The notes beneath the pieces were generated by a model. It was not told where the DNA came from, did not search any database, and was given only the letters and a program-made list of their open reading frames with translations. The translations under genes and the position numbers were made by a program. A DNA stretch of 64,000 nucleotides from Desulfurococcaceae archaeon (GTDB lineage Archaea > Thermoproteota > Thermoprotei_A > Sulfolobales > Desulfurococcaceae), in contig JAWBAI010000008.1 of the NCBI GenBank assembly GCA_038816475.1, positions 9,400 to 73,399 on the forward strand, in the 5' to 3' direction. Shown piece after piece: positions 39,039 through 49,239 of this stretch (its first letter is position 1; each line of letters begins with the position of its first letter).

Positions 39039-40940
39039 ATGCTCGTGAAAGAGCGTTCATTAGGAGCTTTCTTGCTGATATGCTTACTGACATCAGCTAT
39101 ATTCGCTGGTAGCTTAAATGGGTTTCTGAACTACGAGGAGGTTAGAACAACAGATGTGTATGCTCCAGCGGTATCTAGTGGTGGTCAAGGAGTTTTATCA
39201 AAGATTACTCTAGCTGTAGCTTATCCCGGCGAAGGTAGGGTATTTTTCTCAGCGTTACCCTATACAGAGGTTGAAACTCAGGGTGCTGCAAGGATAGCTG
39301 CCTACATAGCCTCACTAGTAGCTGGTGTAGACTTCTTCAGCTACGACTATTACGTTCTTGTTGAATCCAAGGTTCCACTGATTGGTGGGCCTAGTGCAGG
39401 GGCTTTGATGACGATTGGTCTTGTATCATTACTCTTAAACACTGAACTATATGGGAATGTTACCATCACGGGTATGATCAATCCCGATGGAACAATAGGC
39501 CCTGTTGGTGGTTTAAAAGAAAAACTCGAAGCTGTAGCGAGTAGCGGGTTCAAGGTTTTCCTGATTCCTAGAGGACAAAGAACCTACACGTACCCTGTTT
39601 ACACGGAGCGAAGAATTGGAAGAGTAGTGATAAGAGAAGTAACCTACAGAAGCATCGACCTTGTTGAGTACGGTAAATCACTTGGTGTAGAAGTAATAGA
39701 AGTTGGTGATATAGCTGAAGCTCTATACTACTTTACAGGATATAAACTTGGAATCTCAAACCCAGCGGCTTTAATAAACGGTGTTACTGAACAAAGCATT
39801 CTGTATCAACTAAAGCAGTACTTAGAAGAAATTTCAGGTGAGATCAAGTACTATACATCACTTGCAACCAGGATCGCTCAGAATATTGGAGCATACTACA
39901 CTAGACAGTACTACATTAGCGTACTAGGTAGAATTAATCAAACCCTTGATCACTATACAAGCTTATTCAACGATTATCCCTACTACGTATCTTACAAGCT
40001 CCTGGACGCACTTGAGCTAGCCACACAAGTTTACTATAGTCTCATAGACAGTACTACAGCTCTCAGCGAAGCTCGCCACGTTATAAGCCTAGTTACAGAA
40101 GGTGTACAGTCTGATTCTTGCACACTAGAAAACTCTATTGCACAGGGATTAGTAACAATGGCTTGGCTTTACTACACCTACGCTGAAAACGCAACTGCGC
40201 GTGACTACCAGGTTGTATACCTATCTAAAGGTATAAGGCTTTCAGCGGAGGCAAAGCTTTATAATAACTTGAGTAGAGCCTCACCAATTAGCCTAGAACT
40301 AGTTTGCGGTACATCAGTTTATACTAGAGTGTATGCGCATGTAATAGCTGTCTACACCTATATATCTAAACTCATCGAAGATGTAGGCGCTGGTGAAGAC
40401 TATCTCAGCGAGGTGGTACCCTACATGAATGCTCTAGACATAGCTTACATTCAGAACGACTCGTCGGTTTACGGCTTAGCAATACTCGCTCTAGCACACT
40501 CTACTCTAGCATTGCACAGCGCTTTCAGTAGCGGTAGCTACGTTGATTACAACCGCTTGTTTTCCATCTACGGAGAGCCGAAAAGCATTACTAATTACTT
40601 CCTTCTTCGCGCAGCTACAGAGGCTATAAACTACGAAGATACGCAAACAGGTCTAATGCTACTTCAACTATACGTGTTTTCATCTCAAGTAACTGCTGTT
40701 ACCCCTGGATTACTTCAGCAGAGAGCAGTAAATCCGAATGAACCTTTGCCGGATCGCAATTTAACAACTCGTACAAGCGTGGTTTCTAGAGAAGTGGAAA
40801 CAGAAGCGAGAACTAGTACAGAAGCAGGTGCAAAGGAACACCTTGATGTAGTAAAAGTAGGACTAATCATCGCATTAGTGGGACTAATCATTGCATTAGT
40901 AAAGCTACTGAGAAAGCTAGAGCTTTGGAAAGGGAATTAA
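39039..40940 (+). CDS. Membrane-anchored Lon-like S16 serine protease (no ATPase domain)
   Basis: Signal peptide, GGPSAG, TGMINPDGTIGPVGGLKEK Ser-Lys dyad, C-terminal TM. Confidence 0.87.
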   Translation: MLVKERSLGAFLLICLLTSAIFAGSLNGFLNYEEVRTTDVYAPAVSSGGQGVLSKITLAVAYPGEGRVFFSALPYTEVETQGAARIAAYIASLVAGVDFFSYDYYVLVESKVPLIGGPSAGALMTIGLVSLLLNTELYGNVTITGMINPDGTIGPVGGLKEKLEAVASSGFKVFLIPRGQRTYTYPVYTERRIGRVVIREVTYRSIDLVEYGKSLGVEVIEVGDIAEALYYFTGYKLGISNPAALINGVTEQSILYQLKQYLEEISGEIKYYTSLATRIAQNIGAYYTRQYYISVLGRINQTLDHYTSLFNDYPYYVSYKLLDALELATQVYYSLIDSTTALSEARHVISLVTEGVQSDSCTLENSIAQGLVTMAWLYYTYAENATARDYQVVYLSKGIRLSAEAKLYNNLSRASPISLELVCGTSVYTRVYAHVIAVYTYISKLIEDVGAGEDYLSEVVPYMNALDIAYIQNDSSVYGLAILALAHSTLALHSAFSSGSYVDYNRLFSIYGEPKSITNYFLLRAATEAINYEDTQTGLMLLQLYVFSSQVTAVTPGLLQQRAVNPNEPLPDRNLTTRTSVVSREVETEARTSTEAGAKEHLDVVKVGLIIALVGLIIALVKLLRKLELWKGN

Positions 40941-41094
40941 AGGTGCACCACACATTAGTAAACTCAATTAGACACATGAAGAGGTACTCTGAGAAGAGGA
41001 CACCTACCTCTACGCACGGCGTGTTTTCTACGCACTCTACGTAGATTCTAGATATACTGCGAAAATACCGAATCTTCTACGCTCGTATGCTGAT

Positions 41095-41281
41095 AAAAAC
41101 ATGTTGATTGAACCAGGAGAACCACTTGGATAAAGCATTCTAGATAGCCTTGAACTACAATATCACAGTTTACGACGCTCTCTATATCGCCCAAGCGCTA
41201 CACCACAATAAGCCACAGTTAACTCTCGATCAAAAACAGAGAGAAGTAGCAAGCAAAACAGGTATAAAGAGTATCACTTAA
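41095..41281 (+). pseudogene. vapC: Degraded VapC/PIN toxin gene, 3' part (5' boundary approximate)
   Basis: Frame from 41123 reads HLDKAF*IALNYNITVYDALYIAQALHHNKPQLTLDQKQREVASKTGIKSIT*; TAG at 41141-41143 and a frameshift just upstream. Confidence 0.75.
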
Positions 41282-41731
41282 AGAATCCAACACCTCCGGG
41301 TTACTCTCGATTCTCCCCACTGTAATCGCTCAACAACGGTGTTGAGAACTACGTTGAATACGCGCTCCCTCGCGGTTTGATTAGTAGTTTGATCTCTATG
41401 GTTTACCATTTAAAATACCTAGACAAACCCTAGTAAACGACACGGGCAACCACTTTATCCGTAGTAGGTGCGGGTGGGTTTTATTGTATGCTGTTAGTTG
41501 TCTTATGCGCGAGAGATAGCAAAATCGGTATTGGTAGAATCAAGAAGAGCATGGAAGTAGTGAAGAAGAGTTTAGCTACTGTAGTAGTTCTACTGTTAAG
41601 TCTACGTAAACAGCGTGAAAGCTTGTAAAATCCTTTACTGTTGTTTCAGCAGCCACTTCTTCAGTAATCAATATATAACGGTGTTTCACAATAATGGAAT
41701 TTCTGAGTTAAACCGGGAAGGGTGATAGCAA

Positions 41732-42865
41732 ATGTGGTTTCTAATGTTTTACGACCCGCTTACACTGCTGGTTCTAGTATTAGCCTACATTGTTGGTTTT
41801 TCAGTACTATTGCTAGTAGCGGGTGTAATAGCACCAAGAGTGGCTAGAAAGTTCGCAAGTAAATTCGCCTTGCAAACATCGATGGCGATCATAGGTCTTC
41901 TGGTCATTGTTACAGGATTATCAGGCATAGGATTAATACTCTATGTTCTACTATCAATCTTCGAGTTCGAAGTAGCTGTTGGCTTGATATTAACCGTGAT
42001 GCTGATCATCCTAGTACTGAACCTCTTCACGTACCTCATATCACCGTTTGCTATAAACATAATGTACGGTGCCAGAAGAGATGCTGAGCTACAGAGAATA
42101 GTAAATGAGGTTGCCATGAAACTAGGATTTAAGAAGCCACCTAAAGCCGTTGTAGTTGAAGGACCTCCAAACGCGTTCGCCTATGGTAGTATAATAGCTG
42201 GAAGATACGTAGCTGTTACACGTGGAATGCTAGAGATAGCCACACCAGAAGAGCTTAGAGCAGTAATAGGACACGAGCTAGGTCACCACAGACACAGAGA
42301 CAACGCTGTAATGCTCTTCATGGGTTTAATACCAAGCGTACTCTACTTCCTTGGTATAATGTTGATCAGGACCGGCCTTATACTAACCTATGCTAGACAC
42401 TACTACAGAAACTCCAGAAGAGGAGAGGGTAGTGGATTGCTACTAGCTGCTGTAGGTTTCATCGCAGTAGTCCTGAGCTTCCTGGTTCAAGTCCTAGTAC
42501 TAGCGTTCAGCAGACTAAGAGAGTACTACGCTGACTCAGCCGGAGCCTACGCTACATCACATAGATCTATGCAGAGAGCACTCGCTCGAATACACCTGTT
42601 CTACAATACAAGGCCTAGAGCTCTTGAACCAGTAAGAACGAGCAAGTTGAGAGCACTGTTCATATACGCTTTCACCGAGGCATACGCAAACCCGTTCTAC
42701 AAATACTACGACTACGGAGGTGTGAGATCAGCCGACATAGACCGCGTAGTTGATGAACTTAGAAAAGCAAAGCACGAAGACATATCGGAGTTCTTCTCAA
42801 CGCATCCACCAATACCAAAGAGAATAAAGTTCCTGGACACTCTTGCATTCTACTCTAAGTATTAG
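41732..42865 (+). CDS. htpX: Zinc metalloprotease HtpX (M48)
   Basis: PNAFAYG, HELGH, SRLREYYAD, STHPP..KRI. Confidence 0.9.
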   Translation: MWFLMFYDPLTLLVLVLAYIVGFSVLLLVAGVIAPRVARKFASKFALQTSMAIIGLLVIVTGLSGIGLILYVLLSIFEFEVAVGLILTVMLIILVLNLFTYLISPFAINIMYGARRDAELQRIVNEVAMKLGFKKPPKAVVVEGPPNAFAYGSIIAGRYVAVTRGMLEIATPEELRAVIGHELGHHRHRDNAVMLFMGLIPSVLYFLGIMLIRTGLILTYARHYYRNSRRGEGSGLLLAAVGFIAVVLSFLVQVLVLAFSRLREYYADSAGAYATSHRSMQRALARIHLFYNTRPRALEPVRTSKLRALFIYAFTEAYANPFYKYYDYGGVRSADIDRVVDELRKAKHEDISEFFSTHPPIPKRIKFLDTLAFYSKY

Positions 42866-42962
42866 CATAGAGCTCCTTCATCGGTGCTATCACAGAACAC
42901 TACTACCGGGTTTTCAAAACCATTAAGAAGCGAAACAGCGATGAAGAATGAAGATGTGATTC

Positions 42963-43397
42963 TCACACTAGCACCACTATTTTTCCTCCACCTTTTCTCT
43001 TAAGACGACGAAGCTCTTTCCAAGCACGTCTTCTCCCCGGTGTACCGTGGTAAGCTTCTCTTCGACTCCTCGCAGGCTTTGCGGGAACGTAGTCCAGTAT
43101 TACTACTGCTGAGAGACTAACACCGTGTTCCTCTACTCTGGTTTTGATGTACTCGAGATCCTTTACAACGCTCTCTAGCATCTCTGAGCTGTAGGGTATT
43201 TCTATAAGGGCTTCCTCGGTACCTCTCATGGGGTCCAAACCGTACACGACTACTCCTCTGTATTTCCAGGCGAATTCCTCGATCAATCTCGTTAGTTCAC
43301 CGCTTACTATGTTGGGTTTGTATGGGTCCAGTCCTCGATGTTTAACGTACTCTTCAAACTTGTCTAAATCGATAACAACTATGAGTCCCGGAACCAT
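42963..43397 (-). CDS. Hypothetical protein, nucleotide-cyclase/GGDEF-like palm fold candidate
   Basis: IVVIDLDKFEE, RGTEEALIE, terminal KGGGKIVV; start placed at ATG 43397 because ATG 43439 lies inside a C/D sRNA. Confidence 0.55.
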   Translation of the reverse strand: MVPGLIVVIDLDKFEEYVKHRGLDPYKPNIVSGELTRLIEEFAWKYRGVVVYGLDPMRGTEEALIEIPYSSEMLESVVKDLEYIKTRVEEHGVSLSAVVILDYVPAKPARSRREAYHGTPGRRRAWKELRRLKRKGGGKIVVLV

Positions 43398-43401
43398 AGG
43401 A

Positions 43402-43468
43402 GTTTCAGATTGAGCGTAGAGTTCTTCATTCCACTTCATAGTCCAGAGGCTGCCCGCTTCATCACCAT
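43402..43468 (-). ncRNA. Box C/D guide sRNA, predicted guide for the 23S A-loop uridine (E. coli U2552 equivalent)
   Basis: Minus strand GTGATGA-AGCGGGCAGCCT-CTGG...ATGAAGA-ACTCTACGCTCAAT-CTGA. Confidence 0.7.
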
Positions 43469-43745
43469 GTAAAATTGTAATGCGTAGCGGATTTTATATA
43501 CTTTACAGATCTTTCATGTACAAGTGATTCGCTCTACTTAAGCTCGATTGAAGCGTAGGAATCAACGGGGGGTGAATACGCATTTTGCGTTGAACTTGGA
43601 TGACTAAAACTTCAAAGTACAAAACCTGTTCAGTACTGATACTTATAAAAATGAAGTCAAGATAGCGTAATCTTGGAATTTGCGTGTAATAACGTATTTA
43701 TGCATAAGCCTCAAATATGAATAGCATTCTACACCGTTATTTTGT

Positions 43746-44333
43746 TTAGAACTCTTCTTCGAACCCCTCCTCTCTCGGTCCTACTATACATCCTGTGTTC
43801 CATAGTGTTTCAGCTACTTGTTTCACAGCTGTTTCTACTTCTTTTTCCTCCTTAGCACCAGTAATAACCATTTTACCACTGCTAAAAATGAGTAGTACTA
43901 CTCTTGGATTTCTCATTCTGTATATTAAACCAGGGAATTGCTCTGGTTCGTACATGCAGTCATCAAGATAGTAAGCTGCTTTCTCAAGGTTAACGTACGC
44001 GTGGAGGTCACCACCGGCTACTATGTTCTGGATTTGAACTCTGGGTTTCCCCTCGATCTTTATACCGTGCTTTATGAGTGTTCTAATGATCTTCTTAACA
44101 GCCTCAATTAGCTGATTTACACTCTTTGTACCCGTAACAACCATTTTTCCTGATTTGAATATGAGCGCTGTAGCTTTGGGTTTTTCAACTTTGAAGATTA
44201 TTCCAGGGAATAATTCTGGTTTATAGACAAAGTTCGGTATAGACTCCTCCAGGAGGTCTATGTCAATAGGGTGATTAAGTATAACTGTTGCGACAATATT
44301 TTCGATTCTAAAACTCCACCTTGGCATAGACAT
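43746..44333 (-). CDS. tbp: TATA-box binding protein
   Basis: Two repeats [25 protein letters not shown] and [24 protein letters not shown]; acidic tail. Confidence 0.97.
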   Translation of the reverse strand: MSMPRWSFRIENIVATVILNHPIDIDLLEESIPNFVYKPELFPGIIFKVEKPKATALIFKSGKMVVTGTKSVNQLIEAVKKIIRTLIKHGIKIEGKPRVQIQNIVAGGDLHAYVNLEKAAYYLDDCMYEPEQFPGLIYRMRNPRVVLLIFSSGKMVITGAKEEKEVETAVKQVAETLWNTGCIVGPREEGFEEEF

Positions 44334-44432
44334 GAAAAACTCCCTTCTAAAATGCTAGCACTATAACCTATTGTTGAAGTGGCTTAAAACACGATTTTAA
44401 TTGGAATCCCTGGTCAAAGAACTAATGCATAG

Positions 44433-46121
44433 CTAAAGCAATGTTAACACGGTTGCTATTACCAGGGGTGTTGCAAAAACATACAAGAGTAGAATTAAAG
44501 CTGTTTCTCGTATGCTCTCTTTCAGAGCTTCTTCAAGCTTAAATACGGTTAAACCAGCTAGTTTAAGGTTCATTCTTGCACTCCAGTAGAATGAGTCTTC
44601 ATGGTAGTTCGTGTTCATCAGGTTACGAGCTGTTTCCTCAATGTCTCTTAAAAGCTCCGGTGTGTCGTGAACTGGGATGTAAGCTATGTGTGCCCTGGTT
44701 GCTGTTTCTCCGTGCTCATCGTTTGTTACGACTTCGACAAAACGCAGACCAAGACTCTTCAGCTTCTCGAGTACCATATTCCTAACGCCCGGTTTCATGT
44801 TGTTACCACGAAGGTACACAATGCAAGCTTCTTCTCTTCCTTCACCACTAATGAAGAATATGCAACCCTCTCCGTTAATTAGTCCCGGAGCAGTTGACTT
44901 AAACCAAGCGATCTTTGAGCGAACTCTAACAGGGTCTCTAGTCTTTTTCATGCTGTCTATGTGCTCAAGTACCATATCCAGGAGCTCCCTTAGATCGCCG
45001 ACTTCGCGAATTCTTCGACCTTCTTCAAGCTCCCAGTTGTGAGTATCTACAATTACAAAGTCTCCTAGACCTCTTGATAAGGCTTTAAGTTCGTATTCTT
45101 CTTGAAGCTCATATGGAAGATCATCAATACCTTTCCCCGGTCTCGAGACAAACACTATGGACAACTTATCGAATACTATGCACAACGCACTCCAGTCAGA
45201 GTAGTCTAGCGCGAAGGACCCATAGTACATAAGTGGCTCCTTGAACCCCGATGTGAAAGTCTCCTTAAGATTTCTCATGTAATCGTTGACGAATTTCCTG
45301 GAGACGATATTCCTATCGTGAGAACCCAGCCCATGAAGAGCAACAGCTCTGACTCCTCTTACCTGAGTAAAGAATTCCGAAATGTGTTCTGGGAGTCTAC
45401 TACTACCGATGTTCGAGAAAGGCCCGTAGTGAACATCGCTGTAAACTATCACGAAATCGGGGAACTCTAGAACTCTCGGGTGAACAGTCTCGTACACGCC
45501 TGTTTCCTCGAATACTCTTTCGATGCCGGTTCGTCTATCAAGCCAGTTCCTTAGAAAGAGAGTACCTATATCAGGCAGTCTGTAATTGTTGATCCTTCTT
45601 CTTGACATAAACAAGTATATAGCCATATCTAGTAGAGCTACTAGTACAGTCAAAGAAGCACCTAGTACAAGCTGTTCTCGCGATATTATGCCATAAGCAC
45701 TGGAGACTACAAGTGAGAGCAATGGTGGAGCAGTAACAACAAGGTACCTAGCTGAGCACGTTCCATCCAACCCCATTACAACAACGGATAGTAATGCTGT
45801 CGACGAAGCTACTGATACAACAACATCTTTCGTTAGAACAGTGTACACAGAGGAATAAACGGCCGCGGCTATCGCAAGCCCGATCACTCTCTTCATTTTC
45901 CAGAAGACTGTTTCACGGTAAATAACTCTGTAAGCTGAGAGAACAAGCATCGAAAACAGAGAACCCAGCATGATGGGAACAGATTTTTCGCCGAAAAGAA
46001 CAACGATCAGCAATGAAATAGCGATGAGAAACGTAGCTAAGTACTCCCACTTAGGGAGATTGAACAACAAGAGATAGTATCTGCTGATGCTGCTTCTTGG
46101 TCGGTATACTTTGCTCTTCAC
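44433..46121 (-). CDS. DUF2070 family membrane protein
   Basis: N-terminal TMs, HYGPF..IGSS.LP, HG..SHD, DTHN, GNNM, TNDEH. Confidence 0.8.
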   Translation of the reverse strand: MKSKVYRPRSSISRYYLLLFNLPKWEYLATFLIAISLLIVVLFGEKSVPIMLGSLFSMLVLSAYRVIYRETVFWKMKRVIGLAIAAAVYSSVYTVLTKDVVVSVASSTALLSVVVMGLDGTCSARYLVVTAPPLLSLVVSSAYGIISREQLVLGASLTVLVALLDMAIYLFMSRRRINNYRLPDIGTLFLRNWLDRRTGIERVFEETGVYETVHPRVLEFPDFVIVYSDVHYGPFSNIGSSRLPEHISEFFTQVRGVRAVALHGLGSHDRNIVSRKFVNDYMRNLKETFTSGFKEPLMYYGSFALDYSDWSALCIVFDKLSIVFVSRPGKGIDDLPYELQEEYELKALSRGLGDFVIVDTHNWELEEGRRIREVGDLRELLDMVLEHIDSMKKTRDPVRVRSKIAWFKSTAPGLINGEGCIFFISGEGREEACIVYLRGNNMKPGVRNMVLEKLKSLGLRFVEVVTNDEHGETATRAHIAYIPVHDTPELLRDIEETARNLMNTNYHEDSFYWSARMNLKLAGLTVFKLEEALKESIRETALILLLYVFATPLVIATVLTLL

Positions 46122-46271
46122 TCTTTCGCACCGTAAATGCAGTATTGCATAGACTTCATGAGAGTTAATGAGCTTAAAAGTTGAGTCAGGTTTTTCCTGA
46201 GTCGAGATTGTACAAGTACACCGGGTTAATAAGGAGTAAACTCGATCAGTTAATGCAACTTGCGAATCGGT

Positions 46272-47039
46272 CTAGGTTAGGTCTCCGCAGGCGCAGAACG
46301 CTTCGTGGACGAGTGCATGAAGGTACTGCATATCTTCAAATTCCTTTGCAGAAACCAGAACAGCTCTAAAGGGTCCACGTGTCTTGTTTGCTATGCTCGC
46401 AAGGTCCGGTAGAACATCCATAGCCAACCCTTCCTCCATAGCTTTATCTAGGAGTTTCGATGGGTCCTCGATCAGGGTTTTCGCAAGATCAGGGTTTCTT
46501 GCTATATCACGCTTGTTTACCACCGGAACAGTAATCAAGCCTGTTTTCACCTGTAGTAGAACATACATGAACCAGAGGAACACTGCATCCGCGACGCGCT
46601 CGATAGCTGTGGCATCTATGATGTAAACGATCGCCGTGTTGCCTAGCTTAGCTAGCTTACTCAAGAACACTGTGCTCGAAGGTCTGAATATGAATGCTTC
46701 CATTTGACCTGGAGTATCAATGAGGATCAGGTCCCACTTGTCGATTTCAGAGAAGGGTTTTCGTGAGAGTATCTCGTCGGACATTTCAGCTATGAGCTCA
46801 GACGCCTTTATAAGTGCTCCGTTTGGTCCTAGCCCATACTTCTTCATGACATCCCTAACGGTGAACAGGTTTCTGATATCGAACACGGGCTTGTAGAAAA
46901 CCTCCTCAGCACCTGGATCTAGGTTTACAGGTGCCACTTTCAATAGTAAACGCTCTTTAGCCCATTTACTGTATGTTTCAACCAAGCTCGACTTACCAGA
47001 TCCAGCGGGACCAACGAATACTACAATAACAGCGGGCAT
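46272..47039 (-). CDS. GPN-loop GTPase
   Basis: GPAGSGKS, NLDPG, YGLGPNGAL, DTPGQME, NKRD, CACGDLT. Confidence 0.92.
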   Translation of the reverse strand: MPAVIVVFVGPAGSGKSSLVETYSKWAKERLLLKVAPVNLDPGAEEVFYKPVFDIRNLFTVRDVMKKYGLGPNGALIKASELIAEMSDEILSRKPFSEIDKWDLILIDTPGQMEAFIFRPSSTVFLSKLAKLGNTAIVYIIDATAIERVADAVFLWFMYVLLQVKTGLITVPVVNKRDIARNPDLAKTLIEDPSKLLDKAMEEGLAMDVLPDLASIANKTRGPFRAVLVSAKEFEDMQYLHALVHEAFCACGDLT

Positions 47040-47179
47040 CACAAACACCGAACGTGGTGGGTTTACTAGCTTCACTACAGATTAGGGGTATTTTAGAAGT
47101 ACACCCCGTATACTTTACGACTACTGCACCGTACAAACCTATCCGGAAAAGATGTAAATAACGACGTACTAGCTCGCCT

Positions 47180-49003
47180 TTACGATTCTTCGCGTGGTTC
47201 TTGTACCTCGAATGCGATCTTCTTTAACTGCCTACGGTACATCTCTACCAACTCTTGGCTTGTTGTAGCATCTTCAGGTTTCTTGTCAGGTCTCCATCTA
47301 ATGAACCTTGGGAATCTTATGGATATGCCTGCATCGGGTTTAACAGTACCTTTCGCACAGGTGTGTATAGGGGATAATGTTAGTTCGGCACCTATAATCT
47401 CAGCTACCAGAGCTGGTTCAACCCATACGTCGGGTTCCATCTCAGCTACTACGCGTGGGTGTTTTCTATCCCTAATGTAAGGCTTCAGTATTTCGGGTAG
47501 TCGATCGAGGTCTTCGTCCTTGAACCCTGATCCAACCTTGCAGACGGTTTCGAAGACGTCTTCTTCGGGGTTGTAAGCAGCCATTAGTAAAGCACCGAAC
47601 TTTCCGCCTCTTCTACCACGACCGTAGAAAGCACCAACGACTACCAGGTCAACTGTATCAGCCATTTCGCTCTTGTAGTCTCGCTTGTACTTTATCCACA
47701 GCCAACCTCTAGCACCAGCTTGGTACACAGCATCCCTGTGAAGAGCTTTAACCATAACACCCTCAGCACCTTCGCTAATAGCCTGCAGGAAGAACTTCTC
47801 AAGTTCCTCTACGTTACTGGTTCTAATGTACTTCGCTACGAGAAAATCATCTGTTTCCTTCACGATCTTCTCCAGCGCTGCTCTTCTCTCCAGTAGAGGC
47901 TTTACAGTGTAGTCTTCTCCGTTAAGGTACAGCAGGTCGAAGAGGAAGACTTTAACAGGGTACTCTTTTATTGCTACGTGAACATCGTGCTTTCTCTTCC
48001 TGTGCATCAACTCTTGGAACGGTTTTAACTCACCTGTCTCTGGATCGTAGGCAACAATTTCGCCTTCTACTATTGCTTCATCGGTTTCAATGCTTTCGAG
48101 AACCCTCTGAACAACATCGGGGTACTGGTGCGTTATGTCTTCAAGTCTTCTCGAGTATATCCAGACATTGCCTCCCTTCTTGTGGATCTGGGCTCTTTCA
48201 CCATCGTACTTGTATTCTACAAAGCATTCTCCTCCAACCTTAGCTAGTATCTCTTTGGGGTCGCTTAGTCTCTCAGCTAGCATGGGTCTAATGGGTACTC
48301 CGACCTCTGGTTTTATCTTCCTCAGCTCCTCTAGGCCTTTCTCGGCGAGAATTCTAGCTACTTCTCCGAGATCTGCTCTCAGGTTGTAAGCTCTCTCGAT
48401 TACCCCTCTCGCGTAGGCTCCTCCACCGTAAGCTGATGCTAGAGCATCCATGATAGTAGCATCGCCTATACCAACTCTTAGTTTACCCTCAATGAACCTG
48501 ACAATGAACTTTGCCTCCTTTGGGGATGCATCCCTTAATAACCCTGCTGCAAGCCTTATCTTTAAGTCCTTGCTGCCTTCACCCTGAGTCAACGCGATCT
48601 TGACCAGCGTGTTGTAGACCGTGAGAACAGTGAGTTCCATTTGTTGCTTAGAGGCAAATGAGAACAAAGTTGTAGTCTGCTTAGTCATTAACCGTTGTTT
48701 GAGAGATTCAGCTGCTTTACCGAGGTCACCGAGGTTCTTAGCCAGTTGTTCAACCTCTCGCTCACTCGTATTGCTCGCTAACGCTATAGCCTTAATAAGC
48801 AATTTCTCCCCTAAACCTAGCTCAGGCATCTTCTTCCAGTCGGGCCATAGTCGACCTTGAATCATGTATACAACCTTGTCTACGATACTCGGCGGTGTTT
48901 GCTTGAACAGTGTAACAAGGTAAGCCACCATCTGCGTTCTAGCAGTAATAAGCTCAATTCTCTCCATTGTATCCACTAGAATTCTCAGTGGCATATCAGC
49001 CAA
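47180..49003 (-). CDS. lig: ATP-dependent DNA ligase
   Basis: [41 protein letters not shown]. Confidence 0.97.
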   Translation of the reverse strand: MADMPLRILVDTMERIELITARTQMVAYLVTLFKQTPPSIVDKVVYMIQGRLWPDWKKMPELGLGEKLLIKAIALASNTSEREVEQLAKNLGDLGKAAESLKQRLMTKQTTTLFSFASKQQMELTVLTVYNTLVKIALTQGEGSKDLKIRLAAGLLRDASPKEAKFIVRFIEGKLRVGIGDATIMDALASAYGGGAYARGVIERAYNLRADLGEVARILAEKGLEELRKIKPEVGVPIRPMLAERLSDPKEILAKVGGECFVEYKYDGERAQIHKKGGNVWIYSRRLEDITHQYPDVVQRVLESIETDEAIVEGEIVAYDPETGELKPFQELMHRKRKHDVHVAIKEYPVKVFLFDLLYLNGEDYTVKPLLERRAALEKIVKETDDFLVAKYIRTSNVEELEKFFLQAISEGAEGVMVKALHRDAVYQAGARGWLWIKYKRDYKSEMADTVDLVVVGAFYGRGRRGGKFGALLMAAYNPEEDVFETVCKVGSGFKDEDLDRLPEILKPYIRDRKHPRVVAEMEPDVWVEPALVAEIIGAELTLSPIHTCAKGTVKPDAGISIRFPRFIRWRPDKKPEDATTSQELVEMYRRQLKKIAFEVQEPREES

Positions 49004-49182
49004 AGCGAATCCCCTGAGTACTATATCAGGTTAAAGATGCTTATTAACAAGGGGCTACAATAAGGCACTTGAATGGTAACGACCTGAGCATTTTTCGATT
49101 CAACGAGAGTTAAGATCTACACCTGGGCTTCTTCTTAGTGCTTTGCGCTTTATTAATAAGTTGCTTTAAGGTATAGTTAAAA

Positions 49183-49239
49183 CCTGGGTGATGAGAACCC
49201 GGCAAGAATGAGCGGTGATTATTCAGAGTTTCGCTGAGG
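49183..49239 (+). ncRNA. Box C/D guide sRNA
   Basis: GTGATGA(49188)-GAACCCGGCAAGA-ATGA-GCG-GTGATTA-TTCAGAGTTTCG-CTGA(49237). Confidence 0.8.

Noticed and set aside
41488-41628. 46-codon ORF upstream of htpX
   Set aside because: No recognisable similarity; likely chance or debris
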